A stretch of 44,534 nt of DNA, counting the filler, from Jimgerdemannia flammicorona (taxonomy: Eukaryota), in NCBI GenBank assembly GCA_003990765.1. It is 2 parts of 2 records of this genome, joined end to end, with 100 filler letters (N's around TTAATTAATTAA, not from the genome) between each part and the next. Parts side by side here need not be neighbours in the genome. Positions count along the whole stretch, not along the records: positions 22,321 to 44,534 come from RBNJ01001317.1; 1 more part is not named here. One strand, given 5' to 3'. A program made the position numbers and the translations under genes. Within the stretch, counting starts at the first letter, position 1, and each line of letters begins with the position of its first letter. The notes below the pieces were generated by a model that saw nothing but the letters and a program-made list of their open reading frames with translations, was not told the DNA's origin and searched no databases. Positions 39,236-44,534 of this stretch are shown here, in pieces.

Positions 39236-40443
39236 TAGTGCTCCGAATGAATGGAGTTGATCTGGATGAGATTCGATTCAGATTCATCATGTAATGGATT
39301 TGAATCAACTCAGATTGGTCTCATGATCTGATCCAGATTGATCCGGATTGATCTGGATTGATCCATCCAGATTGATCCATCTGGATTGATCCATCCAGAT
39401 GATCCATCCAGATGATCCATCTGGATTGGCCCATCTGGATTGATCCATTCGGATTGAAATCTTTGGTGACGTCACCCTTTCTTTTGTTTATTTTGCTCTT
39501 GTTTTTTTTTTCTGCCGTACTTTGGTGACATCACCCTTTCCTTTGTTCCCTCTCTTTTTTTTGTTCTTTTTCTTTGTTCTTTCCTACCACATCACGAGCA
39601 AACAAAACAGCAGCCCTTAATTCGTATGTTGGTCCAGTCTACTCATTTTTCACCCTGCAATGATCATCAAAAGAGAGAGTATTTGAGGTGGAAACACACT
39701 CTCTGCTGACAATGTTAGATTCTTTCTCATATAGACAGCACACAAGCTGCTCATCGAGAGCCAAAGGGATGATAGCGGTGGCAGTGGCGATGGCGATGGC
39801 AGGGATGAGAGAGAATTCCGGCAACAACTCATAGCGGCCCTTCAGACCTTGGAATTCACAGACCTCACAGCTATGTATGTGGCAGCCTTTTTGGAGCAGC
39901 CGATAGTAGATGTAGGTTGCTTACTCAGCCGCCACTTGTTTACTTGTGTTTATTTATTTAAACTTCCCCAGTATGACCCAATTCATCTCATGCTTTTCTT
40001 AGGGTCCACAGCTCTACGGTGAGATCTGCTGACTTTATTTGCAATATCTGGTCAAGATGAAGAAAGGCTGGTGGATGTTGTGGGGCATGCCTTTGGTGGC
40101 TGAGCTGTTGAGTCAATACATCGTGTAGTGGAGGTCTCAAAAGGAACAGAAGTAAGTCTTCGTGAGCAATTCTTGTGCAACTCATCGGCATGCAACTTGT
40201 CGGCATGCAACTCATCAGCATGCAGCTCACTCACTCATGCTCTTTTTCTGAAATACCCATCTCCATGTTTTATTTAATTTCATTTTTACATGGTCTCTCC
40301 CTAAAAAACACCCACACCCACACGCAACCCACATGCAACCCGTCCGCATGCAACCTGCCTGCCCGCATGCAACCTGCCCACACGCAACCCACCCGCAACC
40401 CGCCTGCATGCAACCTGCCCACACGCAACCCGTCCGCATACTT
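39236..40443. mobile_element. Probable non-autonomous DNA element with subterminal repeat arrays
   Basis: It starts tagtgctccg, followed by a gatccatc(c/t)(a/g)gatt array (39325-39456). It ends with a (c)gcaaccc array (40310-40440) and catactta. The TIR match is weak. Confidence 0.5.
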
Positions 40444-41697
40444 ATCTCGGTCCCTCAGATCAGGGCTCAGTTCCATTGGAAAGGAAAGTTCAAAGTTACC
40501 CAAGTTCAACCATGTCCAGCATCTGATCAAATAGAGAAATTCGAGGGCAAGATGTTCAGCATGAGCAGTACCAGCATCATCATCAAGGCTTGGGGGTCTA
40601 CATCTAAATCAGAGCCAATCGTACTCAACCAAGGGGTCTATTGGCCAGCAGGAGTAACCAACAATGAAGAGAACCATATCTTTATTAACGAACACAGAGA
40701 GGTGGTTACAATGGTGGTAAGGAACCTCTTTAGCGACAAGCTTCGCCACCACATCAATGAGATTTGCGAGGATTGCATCAAATACTGGGTAGCAGGGAAG
40801 AGGGGGTGAAAAAAGCAAGGAGGGGGGGTTTGGATGAATTGGGTATACTGCAATATAGGCGAAGGGTGGGTTCCGAAATCCCCTGCACTCATCTTCCTTT
40901 TTTTTTAACTCCTCCCCAGATAAATCAAACTCTTCACTGATATACTCTTTTTGATACAATTCCAGGGATGCATAAGATTCTATACCCCTACCGGAACTTT
41001 AGAAGTGCCATTGAAGAGCAAACTGCGTGCGAGCACGACACAGCCTGTACAGCGATGGCGGCTATGATCTGGGATTCTTTGAGCAGATTGGTAGAGCGTA
41101 TGGCAGGCCAGCTTGGTGGTGATCTTGGCGCAGCTGTATGTACGTTCTTGGCGCAATTTAGCATGCCGTATGAGGTGAGAAGCTCCACTTTTTTGGGGTG
41201 CTACAGCCCGGGGGGTTTCTGTGGCCCAGGGGGTTTCTGCCCCCTAAACACAAAAAGGACTGACCAGTTGCCATCCATTTTGGCAGGTTTCCAAGCTGGG
41301 GCTCCTGGGGCTGGACCAAGGGCAGACATCTACCAGCACAGCCTAGCAGTATGAGATCCTGGGCCAAGGGTTCACCCAACTGTATGCTCATGTCACATCA
41401 GGATATGTCAGGCGCAACCTTTTTCTGCCCACACACACAGACAACAATGTCACCCCAGTAATGTTTTACATCCCAGAAAGGAAGGGCCCAACCTGGGAGG
41501 ATAGCGGCGGAGTCTAGTATGACCTCACCTATGGTTTCGGGGTCCTGTTTGTGGCCAACACGGCCATCCTATTCCAACCACATGACCACCATGGCACCGT
41601 CGCCTTCGAGGAGAGCTCGGACACAACAGTCATCACACTCACAACAGATGACAGGCTCATCAAGGCCTGAGACCGGTGGGTGGAGCAGTTTTTGTGA
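40444..41697 (+). pseudogene. 2OG-Fe(II) dioxygenase-like (TET/JBP-like) gene, spliced and disrupted
   Basis: Introns lie at ~40866-40965 and 41175-41286 (GTGAGA...ctgac...GGCAG, phase 0). The last exon reads VSKLGLL...TA*QYEILGQGFTQLYAHVTSGYVRRNLFLPTHTDNNVTPVMFYIPERKGPTWEDSGGV*YDLTYGFGVLFVANTAILFQPHDHHGTVAFEESSDTTVITLTTDDRLIKA*. This gives HxD (41434-41442), a GG-aromatic strand and a distal H (41590), the DSBH iron-binding triad. Confidence 0.65.
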
Positions 41698-41919
41698 GAG
41701 TTAGGCAATCTTTCATGAGGGTTAGGCAGCCATTTTGTGTGGGTTGGGCAGTCTTATGTGGGGGGGAGTTGGGCCGGGCGCCTCTTATGTAGCACTAGCT
41801 TAGCCATTATGCAGGGCCCTACCGGCCCCTCGGCCCTGCTCTGTAGTGCCGCCGGTGCAGTGCTACAGTGCAGGGCCAGGGTGCCCATGGGACCCAAACC
41901 GGCAACTTCGACCGCCAGA

Positions 41920-42360
41920 AATGCCCTCTGACCGCCAGAAGCACCCTCCGACCGCCAGAAGCACCCTCCGCCCTGGACTCCTTGGCAGCTTGGGGCTGTT
42001 CCTATACCGCTGGCAGAGGGCTGCAAATTTTGCACGCTCCCTCCGCCTGCCCCACCCACCAACTGACCCTGCCAACTGACCCGGGCACTGATAGCTTGGG
42101 GCTGCTCCTCGCTGCTGGCGGAGGGCTGCAAATTTTGCATGCTCCCTCTGCCCCCCCCCCCTGACCCAGATACTTGTGGCTTGGGGCTGCCTCTTGCTGC
42201 TGGTGGAGGGCCACAAATTTTGCACACTCCCTCCGCTGACCCGCCCACCGACCCGCCCACCGACCCAGGCACTGGCAGCTTGGGGCTGCCCCTTGCGCAC
42301 CCCCTCCGCTGCTGCCGCCGCCAACTCCACCCCAATTTGGCCGCAAACTCCAGGCCAAGT
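41920..42360. repeat. GC-rich dispersed tandem repeats between the dioxygenase-like gene and the transposase
   Basis: gaccgccagaagcaccctcc-like units occur three times. Units with gcttggggctg...gagggc(t/c)(g/a)caaattttgca...ctccctc occur 3-4 times. Confidence 0.8.
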
Positions 42361-42446
42361 CCTCAGGTTTTTTTTCCTTTTTATTAATTTGAAAGATATT
42401 AAATATTCCACAAGGCCAACCAACTTATCTGTAGACCCACTGAATT

Positions 42447-44534
42447 TTAGTGGCCTGAGCCCCACTAAGACTTCAGACACATATATGCCCAGATTGTCTC
42501 AGCATTCAGCACACACCTCTTTGGGGCAACGAGGTCCACCCCATCTGAGAACACCCGCTCGACAGGAGCGCTGGAGGCAGGAATCGCCAGGTAGTCCCAA
42601 GCCATACCACACAGGCTGGAGAAGTCCGTTTGACACAGCTGCACGCCCTGGTGGGTAGAGCGGTGGTTAGATTAGTGGGTTAAATTGGTCCAACGCCTGC
42701 CTGACAACCCACCTTCTACCAGTTGAGCACCTCCATGCCCTCCAGCAGGACCATGCAGTCACTGGCAAGATAAATGGTAAGTTTGTCTATTGACGGCAGC
42801 TCTTCCACTGATGGCTCCCTCTTCCTCTTTCTGCCAAAGTAAATGTGGGACAGGAGGGATCCCTTGGCATATTTATCCAGACTTCAGCCAGAACCTTGCG
42901 GCAGTGTGTAGTTTTTCCGGTACACTTCAATTATGGCTTACTTGGTTCTCTCAATGAAGTGCTGCTCCCAGCCCTAATCTTTATGGTATTGTAGCTTTAA
43001 GCATGGGTCCAGCACTGTTCGAAGAAAAGGAGAGTGAGTTTTTGCAGGGTTTCCTCTGTTTTGGAAGGGGCAATGGCCACATACTGACATCAACATATCT
43101 GTACTGATTGAGTATACGGCAGTATCTGTTTGGGTGTAGTATTTTCTAAGCTTGCTTAGAGCAACCACCATGGCATCTCTCTGATCCGGGCTTAACCGTA
43201 AATCACTGCAACCCTCCAGCCTGTCCTCAAGCTTGTCCTCTAGCTGGTCAATCAGAAGGTTGTATACTGGTATCGCAGAGCTTATTGTCAGGGTCATTTG
43301 TTTGACTATATCCTTCGTACAATTGTCAAAACACTGGCAGTTATATGTGGTGAGGTGTTGCACTATGTGGAGGCAGACAAAATGAGTGTGGAGCCAGGGC
43401 AACCACCACTTACTTCCAAAACTCTGACAACATTCCTAAGTATGTCCCACTCACTTTCACCTAGAGTCTCGGCCCATATTTCCTTGTCGGCAGCCATCAT
43501 TGAATTTATTGGCTTTTTTTTTTTTTTTAAAATTAAATCTTCCATCATCCGAAACAGTTGCTTCAGCCGACCGAAGAAAAAAAAAATGTATACTACAGCA
43601 AACTCCAGCATGTGCTGGATCATTGCAAATATTGAGTTCCAATGCATACAGATGTCCAATATGCTCTTTCGGGGCTAAACTGATTGCCCTACACTGCATA
43701 GCGAATTTGTCTCATCATTGTGGGAATGATCAGACCAACACAACCAGTTTGTACAGCTTGGAAATTATACTCAGGGCCTCTCCTCTCTCAGATGTTTTGT
43801 CTACATACATAAGATAGTCCTGAACAGCAAGGTTCAGTACGTGGGCCTGGCATCACACACGGTAGCTTTCTGCACTGAAGGCCATGTTTTCCTGTTTGAG
43901 GCTAGCTGCTAAACCTTGGAAAAATGTTGAGTTGTTTGTGGCATTGTCCATCGTAATGGCCAAAATCTGTACTTGAAATATTTGGTTGACAAATTTATGT
44001 GAAAATAAGTAACCAATAAAATCTGGTTTGGTTTAGGACCTCTCTCAAAATGCCGACCTGATGGCAAGCCCCCCTTTTTTACCTTGGTGGTGATCCCAAG
44101 CTCCTGGATACAACTAATAAAAGCATCTGCAATGTTGTCTCCAGAATGAGGGCCAGCAAGTTTGACAAAGTCAAGGGTGAGAGATTTAAGCTGCCAATCA
44201 AGGTCAATCCAATGACCGGTAATGCCCAGAAATGAAATTGCATTAGGGGATGTCCATGTGTCAATCGTAAATGAAATTTTGCCTGCCGAATTCTGCTTAT
44301 TGAATATGAGGTTAAATTGGTGAGCTCTTTTGTATAATTCAGCTTGCAAAGGTCATAGTGCTGCCCTTATTTTACCTGTAGTGTCTGGCGGAGATTGTCG
44401 TGCTCCTTCCTATAGGCCTCCAGGACATCTTTGCGAATAGTATCGGCACTTGGCAAATATAAATCATGCTTGAGGAGGCCAAAGATGCTATGCAATTGAT
44501 CACTCTTGATGGTTGTGAATGGCTGGTCTGTGCA
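42447..44534 (-). mobile_element. hAT-superfamily (Ac/RICESLEEPER-like) transposase, intron-containing and disrupted; 5' end outside the window
   Basis: Motifs include KISFTIDTWTS, FLGITGHWID, GPHSGDNIA, ILAITMDNATNN, CQAHVLNLAVQD (CxxH), DICMHWNSIFAM and VLDPCLK. The hATC dimerisation region reads MAWDYLAIPASSAPVERVFS...LNAETIWAYMCLKS. Several premature stops are present. Confidence 0.92.

Noticed and set aside
41737..42658. Several 100-200 aa Gly/Pro-rich ORFs
   Set aside because: They arise from GC-rich repeats and the antisense strand of the hAT C-terminal exon, with no recognisable motif.

Overview
Eukaryotic, intron-containing fungal DNA; the gene families suggest Mucoromycota/Endogonales-like, which is an inference. 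An artificial N-gap with a TTAATTAATTAA linker sits at 22221-22320. CpG-rich gene islands alternate sharply with AT-rich transposon graveyards eroded by C-to-T/G-to-A transitions. Intact genes are an intronless mitochondrial acyl carrier protein, a 4-exon F-box protein and a ~1866-aa two-exon TRP-like channel. Pseudogenes include a small secreted Cys-rich protein, a DUF4246-like fragment and a Crinkler-like/PD-(D/E)xK-type gene. Mobile DNA includes four copies of one L1/Tx1-like LINE family, a Gypsy-like LTR-PBS-gag fragment, a solo LTR, a pogo/Tigger remnant, a MITE and a hAT transposase. The most interesting signal is missed by the ORF track: a spliced, stop-disrupted 2OG-Fe(II) dioxygenase-like (TET/JBP-like, HxD...H) gene lying tail-to-tail with the hAT transposase. 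It may be transposon cargo acting on 5mC in a genome that visibly mutates cytosines in repeats.
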